Of a stretch of DNA of 64,000 bases, positions 40,457 to 50,136 are shown in pieces (position 1 is the first letter of the stretch; the number at the start of each line of letters is the position of its first letter). This DNA is from Bryobacterales bacterium. GTDB lineage: Bacteria; Acidobacteriota; Terriglobia; Bryobacterales; UBA6623. Where the stretch lies: assembly GCA_965206655.1 (NCBI GenBank), contig CBDBKC010000032.1, forward strand, positions 276,431 through 340,430. Direction: 5' to 3'. Below the pieces are notes generated by a model. That model searched no databases and was not told the origin of the DNA. It worked only from the letters and a program-made list of their open reading frames with translations. Both the position numbers and the translations under genes were made by a program.

Positions 40457-40698
40457 CGTTGTGATAGGCGACGTGCGACGCGGCTGCGGACGTCCTCCCA
40501 GGGCTCACCGGCGGATTCGCCGGCCAGCACGCGACGGGCGCGATTCTCAATCTCGTTCGCCCATGTCGCCTGCACGGCGACGGGATCTTCCGCGGGGGCT
40601 TCGTCGAGGCTCGCGAACAATTCGGAGGCTACATCAGCACGTTCCTCGGGCGGCAAGGCGAGAGCCTCCCGAAGAAGTTCTTGTGTGCTCCGGCTCAT
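40453..40698 (-). CDS. Putative addiction module component (TIGR02574-type antitoxin)
   Basis: LREALALPPEERA..A..L..SLD...W..EIE.R...PWEDV. Confidence 0.85.
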   Translation of the reverse strand: MSRSTQELLREALALPPEERADVASELFASLDEAPAEDPVAVQATWANEIENRARRVLAGESAGEPWEDVRSRVARRLSQR

Positions 40699-40792
40699 GT
40701 TGCCATTCTAACCTGCGTACCTGCCCGCTTGACGGCCAAAGCAGGGGTCGCTCACGGAGCAACTCGTGGAGATCGGAGAGGCTTCCGCGGCT

Positions 40793-41887
40793 TCAGGACC
40801 CACGCCACGAGTTTCTAAGGCAGCACTTTTTATACTTCAAGCCACTCCCACAAGGGCAAGGTGAATTCCGCCCAAAGCGCGGCCGGCCACGCTTTCTCTC
40901 TCGCGCAAGCGCCACGGCCCGCTCGCCGAGCTTCTGATTGAAAACGTGCGAGAGCATCGCGTACAACTCGGGGTGCTTGCGCTCCATTACACCAGGCCGC
41001 TCGAAGAAGTACTCGCTGGCGACGGCGAAGAATTCGGCCTCATTGGTCAAGCCATAGGGGTTGATGTCGGAGTCGCCGCTACGCATCTCATCCATCTTGC
41101 GGCGCACCAGTTCGATCCACGGTCCGATCGCCGCCTGATTGAGGCCCACGCCGGGTAGGCCGTCGATCGTGCCGTCGGACTTATCGACCAAGTGGGCGAA
41201 CTCGTGTAGACCCACGTTGCGTTTGTCTCCGGGGTTGCGGAAGCCCGCCACCAGGTCGGGCTTCGAGAGGATCATCAGCCCATTCATGGCGCCCGTGCCG
41301 ACCATGCCCAAGGTGTGCTGCTGAGAGCCCCCCTCAAAGGCGTAATCGCTGTCGAACCGGTCCGGGTAGACGAGCACCTCGCTGATCTGATCCCATTCCC
41401 ACTCCGGAAAGCCGAAGATGGGGATGATGGCGCTGGCCGCGGTGAGTACGAGGGTCGTGGTGTCCATCTCCAGCTTGATGCCGGTGATCAGTTTCTCTCC
41501 GATGAAGACCTGCAGCTCACGGCGAAACCGCATTTGCTCATCGGGATCGAGCGTGCGAAAAAACAGCACCTCCCGCTGTAACACTGCCTCCCACTCGGTG
41601 GGGAAGGGCTCCGCCAGAATCCGGCGCCGGCGGCGGAGTTTGCGGGTCATGCCGGCGTACACGAGGAACGCAATCAACGCGGAAGCCGGTATCCAAACCC
41701 ACGGTGACGTGTCCTCGCCCATCATGGCCGCCGCGAAGCCGCCCGACACGATCAGCGCCAGTCCAGCCACCACGGTAGCCGTGCGAGTAACGCCCCGCTC
41801 CCAGGCTGTGGACAAGCCCGCTCTACCGATCGGTTTCCCTCGATTCACCACGCCACCTTCATCGCGAGCCCGCCACTTCCGGTTCAC
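40793..41887 (-). CDS. M90 (MtfA-like) zinc metallopeptidase with N-terminal TMs and C-terminal SEC-C motif; start uncertain
   Basis: VLVYP, NVGLHEFAH, YGLTNEAEFFAVASEYFFE; GRNSPCPCGSGLKYKKCC. Confidence 0.88.
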   Translation of the reverse strand: MNRKWRARDEGGVVNRGKPIGRAGLSTAWERGVTRTATVVAGLALIVSGGFAAAMMGEDTSPWVWIPASALIAFLVYAGMTRKLRRRRRILAEPFPTEWEAVLQREVLFFRTLDPDEQMRFRRELQVFIGEKLITGIKLEMDTTTLVLTAASAIIPIFGFPEWEWDQISEVLVYPDRFDSDYAFEGGSQQHTLGMVGTGAMNGLMILSKPDLVAGFRNPGDKRNVGLHEFAHLVDKSDGTIDGLPGVGLNQAAIGPWIELVRRKMDEMRSGDSDINPYGLTNEAEFFAVASEYFFERPGVMERKHPELYAMLSHVFNQKLGERAVALARERKRGRPRFGRNSPCPCGSGLKYKKCCLRNSWRGS

Positions 41888-41993
41888 GGCCGCGTCGACC
41901 CGACATTATGGCAACTTGGGTTGATCCACCGCCCGAAACCCGACGAACGCGCCTGGTGTCCTATCCTTGAGAGAACCAGGAGCGAGATCATCC

Positions 41994-42749
41994 ATGGAGT
42001 ACCGAACCATCCGTCCCGCCCAGTTTTCGGCCGAGTCGCGTGCTGAGCCGAGCGGGCCGGCAAGTGACCTTGTGCTCGACGAGGTCGAGATGCGCCTGCT
42101 CGGCAGCCTCGTCGAGAAGGAGACGACGACGCCCGAATACTACCCTTTGACTCTGAATGCGCTTACCAGCGCCTGCAACCAGAAATCGAGCCGGAATCCC
42201 GTTGTTTCCTACACCAATGACCAGGTGGGCGCCGCGTTAGGCACGCTTCGAGAGAAGGGTCTGGCGACTGAGATCACGAGCCACGAGGCCGGCAGAGTGG
42301 CGCGGTATCGGCATCTGTTTCTGGAACGGTTCCAACTCAACCGCCGCGAAGCCGCCGTGCTTTGCGTACTGATGCTGAGAGGGCCCCAGACCGTGGGCGA
42401 GATTCGCGGCCGCACCGAGCGTCTGTTTGAGTTCGGCTCACTGGCGGAAGTGGAGGAATCGCTGGCGCTGCTTGCCTCAGAGGAAGCGCGTCCTCTGGTC
42501 GCCAAGTTACCCCGCGTTCCGGGTACGAAAGACTCTCGCTACGCGCATCAACTCGGCGGCGATATTCCGGTGGACGAGGCGCCCCCGCGAGGCCCAAGCG
42601 CGTCGGCGGCGGCACCCGCACCGCTCTCCCGGCAGCCTGAGTTGGAAGACGAGCGGGTGACCGCGCTTGAACAGGAAATGAATGACCTCAAGGAACGTCT
42701 CACGGAGATCGAACGGCAGTTCGAGGACTTCCGCCGCGTCTTGGAGTAG
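41994..42749 (+). CDS. YceH/DUF480 family protein
   Basis: RLLGSLVEKETTTPEYYPLTLNAL..ACNQKSSR, LRGPQTVGE. Confidence 0.9.
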   Translation: MEYRTIRPAQFSAESRAEPSGPASDLVLDEVEMRLLGSLVEKETTTPEYYPLTLNALTSACNQKSSRNPVVSYTNDQVGAALGTLREKGLATEITSHEAGRVARYRHLFLERFQLNRREAAVLCVLMLRGPQTVGEIRGRTERLFEFGSLAEVEESLALLASEEARPLVAKLPRVPGTKDSRYAHQLGGDIPVDEAPPRGPSASAAAPAPLSRQPELEDERVTALEQEMNDLKERLTEIERQFEDFRRVLE

Positions 42750-42763
42750 CCATTCAACGAGGG

Positions 42764-45340
42764 CTAGCTGGCTTTCCCAACGAAGCTACCCGCACACGCG
42801 TCGAGCAACGCGTCACGCAATCGCTCTCCCTCCGCCGCATCCAGCTTGCCTTCGGGACCCGTCACGTAGAATACGTCGCTCGCCTTGCGTCCCTGGGTTT
42901 CGATCAGCACAACTTCGATATCACAGCTCCGCACCGAGAGAGTTCGGGCCAAATCATACAGAAGGCCGATGCGGTCTTGCGCCGTTACATGCAACACCGT
43001 GGCGCGTTCAGATGTCTGGTTGTCGACGCTCACTCGCGGTTTCAGCCAGTTTCGGACCGGGGCCCGAAAGACAGGCTCTCGGGCCTGTAACAAGTTGTCG
43101 ACGTTCATGCGCTCTTCCGCCACCTTGCGCAGCATGCGGCCGAGTTGGAGGTGTTCGTTTGGACTTGCCTCCAGGTGATGGTCCGGGTCGGCAATCTCGA
43201 ATGTGTCGAGCACGAGTCCGCGTTGATTCGAAAACGCTTCGGCCTTTTCGATATTGACTCCGAAAGCCGCCAGGGCGCCACACAGCGAGGCGAATAGTTT
43301 GGGACGATCGTTCGTGATCACCACGACTTCGTGATGAGCCCCGTCGGATGTAACGCTGACCGCCGAATCCTGATCCGCCAGATTCCGGCTGAGCTTGAAG
43401 TGCTCCCGCACGGCTTCCGCGGAGCGGGTACGGAGATAACGCTTGGGAAAACCCTTGATGAACGACTCGATTTCGGCGCGCTCATCGCTCGACCCCGCGG
43501 CATCGAGAAAAGCTTCACCGGCGACCGATCCGATGCGGTTATCCTCGACATCACCCGTGAGGCGATTGTAGGTCGCGACATAGAGCTGCCAAAGCAGGTT
43601 TCTCCGCCAGGGGGTCATCGCCGCGGGGTTCACGGCCCGAATGTCAGCGAATGTCATGAGCGTCAATTCCTTCAACCGCTCCATGGTTTCGACGATGTCC
43701 GCCAGTTCCCGAATCGTATCCGGTTCGCTCACGTCTCGCCCGCGCATGAAGGTCGACATCGTGAGGTGATGACGAATGAGAAACCGTACGGTAGACCGCC
43801 CTGCGCTGTCCATTCCGAGGCGTTCCATGGCGCGGTCGGTCAGCTCGATGCTTCGCTGCGAGTGATCCGGTCCCGGGATCCCCTTGCCGACGTCATGGAA
43901 AAGAATCGCGAAATAGAGGTACTCAGGGCGCTCCAATTCGTCCAACAGACTCGCATAGCCGCGCGGTTCGTCGTCCTTTTGAGCGGCCAGTTCGTGTACA
44001 TGCCGGATGGCCCGAAACATGTGCTCGTCCACTGTGTAACGGTGGTAGAAGTCGCGAATGACGAGACCGTCAATCAACTCGAACTCGGGAAAGAGGGCGA
44101 ACAGAGCGCCTGTTTCATGCATTGCCGTCAGAGCGCGATAGGCGTATGGGAGCTTGAGAACCTCAGCGAACGCGGGCCAAAGCGTAACTCCGGAACGGGC
44201 ATAGGTCTCGATGTCCGGCCGCGCTTCCTCTACCCGCCGCTCGGTTTCTTCGGCTAGGGGCAAACCTTGGCGGGATATCCAGCGAAAAAGATCGAGCGCC
44301 AATTCCGGACGCGTCTTAAGCGCCTGGCTATTCATGAGAAAGACACGTCCCCGCGCGACCGAGAAGTCGCCATGCGAGATGCGGGACGAACTCTTGCGAA
44401 TCCGGCTCAGCAGCGACCGCCGCGTGTCTCCCGCACGCTCCATCATCCGAGTCGCCAGACGCGAGAAGATGCGGACGTGGCGGAAGTAGTCTCTCATCCA
44501 GTCCTCGGTTCGATCCGCTCTTGGAAAGGCCTTCCCTGACCCTGCTTGAGCGATGCGGTCCTGCAACTCGAAGGTAAGTTTGTTGTTGTCCCGCCCGGCG
44601 AAGTAGTGGAGATAGCAGCGCAGGGCGAAGAGGAATCGTTTCGCCTCGGCGGATCTTTCCCGGTCCCGATCCGGGAGTCCTTGTTCACTCGCCGGCACGA
44701 GAGTGTCTGTAACGCAGAGCAGTTGCGAGATCCAGCAGGTCAGTTGAAAATCGCGCAAGCCACCCGGGCACTCTTTAATGTTCGGCTCAAGATGGTAAAT
44801 CGTCTTGCCGTGCTTGCGGTGGCGGGCGTGGGTCAATTCGATCAGGTCGTGGAGCAGCGCGGCTTGTTCGCGTTGGTAGAAGTGCGGCAACTGCTGTTCC
44901 CGGAGCTGCTGATAGAGATTGCGGTCGCCGCCCAGGAAGCGTGTGTCGAGCAGGCTGATGTGGAGCTCGGAGTTTTCCGGAGTCAGCGTGGTACACTCCA
45001 CCGGAGTTCGAACCGAGTGGGATAACCGCAATTTGGCGTCCCACAGGTCGGCCAACAGCTTCGACAAAGCGTCCTTCTCTTCATCCACACGCTTCGCCTG
45101 ATCGACCAGCAGCAACAGGTCGACATCCGAGTACGGGAAGAGTTGTTCCCTGCCATAGCCGCCGACCGCCACGGCCGCGACCCCTGCGACGAAAGGGAAG
45201 TACGCTTCAAAGCTCTTCGAAACGGTCTGATCCACCTCACGGCTGCGCCTCGCCACAGCCGCCAAGCCATCGCCGTCGCAAAAGAACTGCTCCTTTGTCA
45301 TTTCCCATTCGCGCAGTTCGAGCGGTATGAGTTCTTTCAT
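42764..45340 (-). CDS. glnD: [Protein-PII] uridylyltransferase/uridylyl-removing enzyme
   Basis: AVGGYGR...SDVDLL, EPNIKE.PGGLRD, YHRYTVDEH, HDVGKG, two ACT domains. Confidence 0.95.
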   Translation of the reverse strand: MKELIPLELREWEMTKEQFFCDGDGLAAVARRSREVDQTVSKSFEAYFPFVAGVAAVAVGGYGREQLFPYSDVDLLLLVDQAKRVDEEKDALSKLLADLWDAKLRLSHSVRTPVECTTLTPENSELHISLLDTRFLGGDRNLYQQLREQQLPHFYQREQAALLHDLIELTHARHRKHGKTIYHLEPNIKECPGGLRDFQLTCWISQLLCVTDTLVPASEQGLPDRDRERSAEAKRFLFALRCYLHYFAGRDNNKLTFELQDRIAQAGSGKAFPRADRTEDWMRDYFRHVRIFSRLATRMMERAGDTRRSLLSRIRKSSSRISHGDFSVARGRVFLMNSQALKTRPELALDLFRWISRQGLPLAEETERRVEEARPDIETYARSGVTLWPAFAEVLKLPYAYRALTAMHETGALFALFPEFELIDGLVIRDFYHRYTVDEHMFRAIRHVHELAAQKDDEPRGYASLLDELERPEYLYFAILFHDVGKGIPGPDHSQRSIELTDRAMERLGMDSAGRSTVRFLIRHHLTMSTFMRGRDVSEPDTIRELADIVETMERLKELTLMTFADIRAVNPAAMTPWRRNLLWQLYVATYNRLTGDVEDNRIGSVAGEAFLDAAGSSDERAEIESFIKGFPKRYLRTRSAEAVREHFKLSRNLADQDSAVSVTSDGAHHEVVVITNDRPKLFASLCGALAAFGVNIEKAEAFSNQRGLVLDTFEIADPDHHLEASPNEHLQLGRMLRKVAEERMNVDNLLQAREPVFRAPVRNWLKPRVSVDNQTSERATVLHVTAQDRIGLLYDLARTLSVRSCDIEVVLIETQGRKASDVFYVTGPEGKLDAAEGERLRDALLDACAGSFVGKAS

Positions 45341-45398
45341 GGACGGTGGGGAGGGAGCGAGTGGACCCCGCGGAGGACTTGCAGGATGTTTTCGAAAG

Positions 45399-45743
<345 letters not shown>

Positions 45744-45925
45744 TTACTGATAGGTTCCGCCAGGGCGGTGCGATGCGATGTCGGCCGAACCCCGCAATGA
45801 CTCAATTCAGGGCAATCCTATCACAGGAAATACGCGGCTCGGACGCAAAATCCGTCCCATAAAAACTTTTGATGGCTCGCCCACGAAAGAGGCGAAATAC
45901 TCTATGGATGGAGTGGGACAGCGGG

Positions 45926-47137
45926 CTAATCGATCAGTCCGGCCGGTTCGGGCTGATCGGGCCGTGCCTCGCCGCTGCGAATGATCGCGAAACGAGTGCT
46001 GATGGGCCCGAACATTTCGTAGATCACCACCGACGATAGAACAACCGTCCCGACCATACGGGCGTATTCAGGAAAGCGTGTGTTGATCACGAGCACCAAG
46101 CCGACGGCCAAACCGGCCTGCGCCATCAGCCCAAAACCGAGAAGCCTTTGGACGACGTCCTCCAGGCCCAGCCAGCGGGCGCCGAACCGAGCCCCCCAGA
46201 ACTTGCCGACAGCGCGAGCCAGCACGTAGTACGCGCCTAGTATACCCATTGAAGACACCAGAGAGACATCCAGATCGGCGCCCGCGATCACAAAGAAGAT
46301 GGCGTAGAAAGGCGGGTCCGTGCCCGCTAGAGTGTGGAACAGCCGCCGGCTGCGGGCCGACAGGTTGACCATCGTACCCCCGACCGCCAGCGACGCGACG
46401 AGGGGGGAAAGATCTATAATCCGCGCCACGCCGACGCAAAGCAGCACGCTGCCCGCCAGCAACATCAGCATTTCCCCCTGGTCGTTGACTTTCGTGGCCC
46501 AGGCGGCGAGCATCAATCCCACCAGGAACCCCAAAGCCACCGACCCGAGCAGTTGCCAAACCAGCGGGTAGACAGCTCCGTAGAGAGTCTCCAACAGCGT
46601 TGCGGAACCGCCCCATCCGGCTCCCAGGTCGATCAGAGCCGCCACCAGGCTGTACGTGGCGATGCACAGAATGTTGTTGACGGCGATGATCCCAAGCAAC
46701 GTATCGCTAAGGGGGCCGCGGCTATTGCACTCGCGCAATACCATTAGCGTCGACGCCGGCGCCGTGGCGATGGCGACCGCACCGAGCAGTCCGGCGACCT
46801 GCCACGGTTGACCGATAAAGAAGGCGCCGATCGACACCAGCAGGGCTGCTCCTGACGACTCGATAACCGTGAGATAGAAGATCCGCCGCCCATAACGCAG
46901 AAAGCGTGCGTGATGAAACACCGAGCCCACCGAGAAGAGAATCAACCCCAGGGCGACTTCACTCAAAACGTTTAGGGCTTGGAGATTCTCGTGGCTCACC
47001 CAACCCAGAACCGAAGGGCCGAGCGCGATGCCGGCCAGTAGATACCCCGTAACTTCTGGAACCCGCAAGAACTGCACCAAGTGGCCGGCGAGCAGCGCCA
47101 GTAACAGGATCAGCCCCAGCGAGGACAGCTCATTCAT
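45926..47137 (-). CDS. Cation:proton antiporter (CPA2/Kef-like, no cytoplasmic KTN domain)
   Basis: PEVTGYLLAGIALGP, ATAPAST, QAGLAVGL; multiple TMs. Confidence 0.88.
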   Translation of the reverse strand: MNELSSLGLILLLALLAGHLVQFLRVPEVTGYLLAGIALGPSVLGWVSHENLQALNVLSEVALGLILFSVGSVFHHARFLRYGRRIFYLTVIESSGAALLVSIGAFFIGQPWQVAGLLGAVAIATAPASTLMVLRECNSRGPLSDTLLGIIAVNNILCIATYSLVAALIDLGAGWGGSATLLETLYGAVYPLVWQLLGSVALGFLVGLMLAAWATKVNDQGEMLMLLAGSVLLCVGVARIIDLSPLVASLAVGGTMVNLSARSRRLFHTLAGTDPPFYAIFFVIAGADLDVSLVSSMGILGAYYVLARAVGKFWGARFGARWLGLEDVVQRLLGFGLMAQAGLAVGLVLVINTRFPEYARMVGTVVLSSVVIYEMFGPISTRFAIIRSGEARPDQPEPAGLID

Positions 47138-48423
47138 GGGCTCAGCAGCGCTCCCCAGCGCCTGGATCCCCGCTCGACAACCACGAAGTGGCCTTTGCCG
47201 TCCCGGCCTTCTAGTATTCGGCGAACCCGCGCTGCGCCGCTGACGCTCGATCCATCTACTGTGACGAGGCTATCGCCTGACCGGATTCCGGCTCGAGCCG
47301 CGGCGCTGTCAGCGATGACGGACTCGACAAGGAAGCCGGCGGGCTCGCTTGCGAGGACCAATCCCGTCGAGGTATCCGCATCGGTGGCGACTTCTACATT
47401 CGTCGTGGCCGGCAGAGTCGCCGTCGCCATCCGCCGTCCCCGCCGCACCCTCAACTCCAAAAGCTCGCGAGCCGCTATGGAGAGGACGAGGGGTTGTAGG
47501 TCGTCGGCCGTCCTGACGGGGCGGCCGTCAAAAGTGGCAATCAAATCTCCGGGTCGCAAGCCGGCCTGCTCGGCGAGCCGCCCCTTCCACACTTCACGGA
47601 TCACGACCGTTTCCTTGCCGCCAAAGTGTTCCCGCTCATCCGCGGTGAGCAGGGCTATCCGGAGGCCGTATTGCGCCAGCATGCGCCCCTCGAAGCTCCG
47701 GCTCCAATCGAGGGTCTCGTTCACCGATTCGGGAACGAGGGCGAGATAACGGCCGTCGCAATTCGCTACCAAACCGATCAAGCTACCGTCGAAATCGAAG
47801 ACACCGCCACCGGCCATCTCGGCGGTTGGCGTCACGCTCAGCGAAACCTCCCGAGCCGGCCGCCGACCGCACTCGACGGGCCGCGAACCTAGGTAGAGTC
47901 CGGGAGCGAACGACCTCTCGAGCGGGCTGGTGAGCCAGGCAATCACCAACCATTCGCCGTGCTCCAGAAAGGGAGCGCGGAAATGGAGCGCCGGATGGGG
48001 AGTGAATTCCGAGGTGGGACTCAGTGCCGCCACCGGTGCTTCGGGAGGTGGTTGGGACGTCTCGAACGCCACCTCAGTACCGTCACTGGCCGTGGCCTCG
48101 ACCTGTTTCGGTAGGCCTTGCGCCAGGTTGGATGTGATGATCGTACCCTCTGCGTCCCAAACAACTCCCGTCTGAACCGGTTCCTCCACGAATACCAAGT
48201 GTGGCGATGCATCCGATGCCAAACGAGAAAAGTATGCCGCCATGTCTTCGAGAGATCCCCTCTGAGAGAGCCGTGTGAGCGGAGAGATCATATCCGCCGA
48301 GGGAAGCAAGGGATTCTGTGGCTCAGGATCGTCGGGCTTGGGTTTCATCAGCGAGCCGACCATGAGAATCGAGCCCGCGATCAGGGCAAGGACTGCGATG
48401 TAGGCGGGGCTGCGGCTTTCCAT
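47134..48423 (-). CDS. Membrane-anchored degenerate HtrA-like protein with two PDZ domains
   Basis: N-terminal TM; GVVWDAEGTIITS; EMAGGGVFDFDGSLIGL; AEQAGLRPGDLI and AARAGIRSGD PDZ motifs. Confidence 0.75.
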   Translation of the reverse strand: MESRSPAYIAVLALIAGSILMVGSLMKPKPDDPEPQNPLLPSADMISPLTRLSQRGSLEDMAAYFSRLASDASPHLVFVEEPVQTGVVWDAEGTIITSNLAQGLPKQVEATASDGTEVAFETSQPPPEAPVAALSPTSEFTPHPALHFRAPFLEHGEWLVIAWLTSPLERSFAPGLYLGSRPVECGRRPAREVSLSVTPTAEMAGGGVFDFDGSLIGLVANCDGRYLALVPESVNETLDWSRSFEGRMLAQYGLRIALLTADEREHFGGKETVVIREVWKGRLAEQAGLRPGDLIATFDGRPVRTADDLQPLVLSIAARELLELRVRRGRRMATATLPATTNVEVATDADTSTGLVLASEPAGFLVESVIADSAAARAGIRSGDSLVTVDGSSVSGAARVRRILEGRDGKGHFVVVERGSRRWGALLSP

Positions 48424-48433
48424 TCGAGTTCGG

Positions 48434-49612
48434 CTACGCGGGATTGTGCGAATGCGCTGTCAGTTTCGATTCCACGAACACCGCCGCTAGCAGCATCGAC
48501 ACCAGAACCGAGCTCACCAATGGCAGCCAGATGATGACCTCGATTCCCAGGGGTTCCGCCAGGTGTGCGATAAGCCACGGCGCCAGCAATCCGCCCATCA
48601 ACGACAGAGAGAAGAAACCATTCAGGACCCCCGGATGGTAATAGGGATAGCGGCTCCCAATCAATCCCAACGTCAAAGGATGTATCAGCCCGATAGAGGT
48701 TCCCAGCAGCAGGGCGCCCGCGATCGTACCCGATGGCTCGACCGTCTTTAGCAAAAAAACGCACCCGACAATCGCGGCGAGCGTGGCCCACACGAGGTTG
48801 CGCATGCGCTCTTGCAATGGGGGCAGGCGCGTCGCCCAGACCCGTCCGCACGTCAGCCCCAACCAGAATAATGCCAGGATCAGGATCGAGCTTGATGCCG
48901 CCATTCCAAACTTACGAGGCAAGTACAGCGCCAGCCAGCCTCCGACGGCCCATTGGTTCGCCGATTGAAGTAGCAGCGCTAGTGCCAATAGAATCGCCGT
49001 CGGACTCGCTGTCTCGCGCCAGGTGAGCCGGGTTGTGGGGGCCGCCAGCGTCATGTAGCGGAAAATGCGCCCACGAAACGCCAGGCACGCCAGCACGAAC
49101 GGTGCGGCGGCCAAGACGCGAAGCGTCACACCCCAGTGGAAACGGCCCTGCAAGGCCCAAGCCAGCAGGCACACACTCACGGTTCCGGCCCCGAACGCCA
49201 CCCCGGCCAGGTTCAGCACTTCGGGGGCGCGACCTTGCAGAAGCGCTCCGGAAATCAGCCACGAAGTCCCCGTCGCTAAGCCTCCCACCGCCGTACCGAG
49301 AGCGAACAGTGGCGGCGGCAACCACATCGGATTCCCCACCGCCGCCAGGCCGATCAGAGCGCTGGTTGCCAATAATCCGGAAGCCACCACGAAGCTTCGG
49401 ACGCCTCCGCCGCGATGGATCAGTAACCGCGTCCAACCAACGGTTCCTACGAGGATCCCCAGATTGAATGCCAAAAAGCACTGCCCCGCAACCCCCGTAT
49501 CAATGGACAGGCTTAGGAACCACAAAGGCAGCAGTGCGCCGAGCAGCGCGGTGAGCGATCCGAGCAAAAAGAAGCTTGCCGTGGAAAAGACCACCCGGGC
49601 CGGCTCCGGCAT
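48434..49612 (-). CDS. MFS transporter (FucP/TsgA-like); start uncertain
   Basis: About 12 hydrophobic segments; GALLP, GWLALYL, FWLGLTCGR. Confidence 0.8.
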   Translation of the reverse strand: MPEPARVVFSTASFFLLGSLTALLGALLPLWFLSLSIDTGVAGQCFLAFNLGILVGTVGWTRLLIHRGGGVRSFVVASGLLATSALIGLAAVGNPMWLPPPLFALGTAVGGLATGTSWLISGALLQGRAPEVLNLAGVAFGAGTVSVCLLAWALQGRFHWGVTLRVLAAAPFVLACLAFRGRIFRYMTLAAPTTRLTWRETASPTAILLALALLLQSANQWAVGGWLALYLPRKFGMAASSSILILALFWLGLTCGRVWATRLPPLQERMRNLVWATLAAIVGCVFLLKTVEPSGTIAGALLLGTSIGLIHPLTLGLIGSRYPYYHPGVLNGFFSLSLMGGLLAPWLIAHLAEPLGIEVIIWLPLVSSVLVSMLLAAVFVESKLTAHSHNPA

Positions 49613-50136
49613 GTGGCGGACCATCGGACTTGGGTCCGCTGTTGGGAAACCGCTCATTACGTGCATTCTAGCCTGCATATCGCAATTCGCGGCGGGTTGG
49701 GGCGCCTGGCAACGCCCCGAGGCCGCTGGGTCAGCCGCCGATCCGGTCTCCGGCAATTGGTAGTTTCAGTCTCCCCTTTTTCCAGATTTGGAAGGAGCGA
49801 CGGTGGCCGCCTACACCGGTTTTCCTTTGATTTCAATAACTTCGGCTATCGAGCTCTGTTGGCATTCATCTTGCTTAAAGAAAGGTACAGCATGACGTCA
49901 CCCTCGAGGTGGCGTCGGTCGGTCGTTTGAGGTCATCCGCTTTGGTGGGGTTGCCTCGGCCCGACGGAGATCTCCTTAAAGTCCCGGTGGGGGTCACCGG
50001 GACTTTTTTTTCGCCTTCGCCGCGCTGCTGTACAATGTGGCCACAGGTTGAGGACGCCGCTCCTCACCATCCTCCCCAAGGCCCGCTCGCGCCGCTTGAA
50101 TTTCCTGATGGTTCGGTTTACGGAACCACATTTCTC

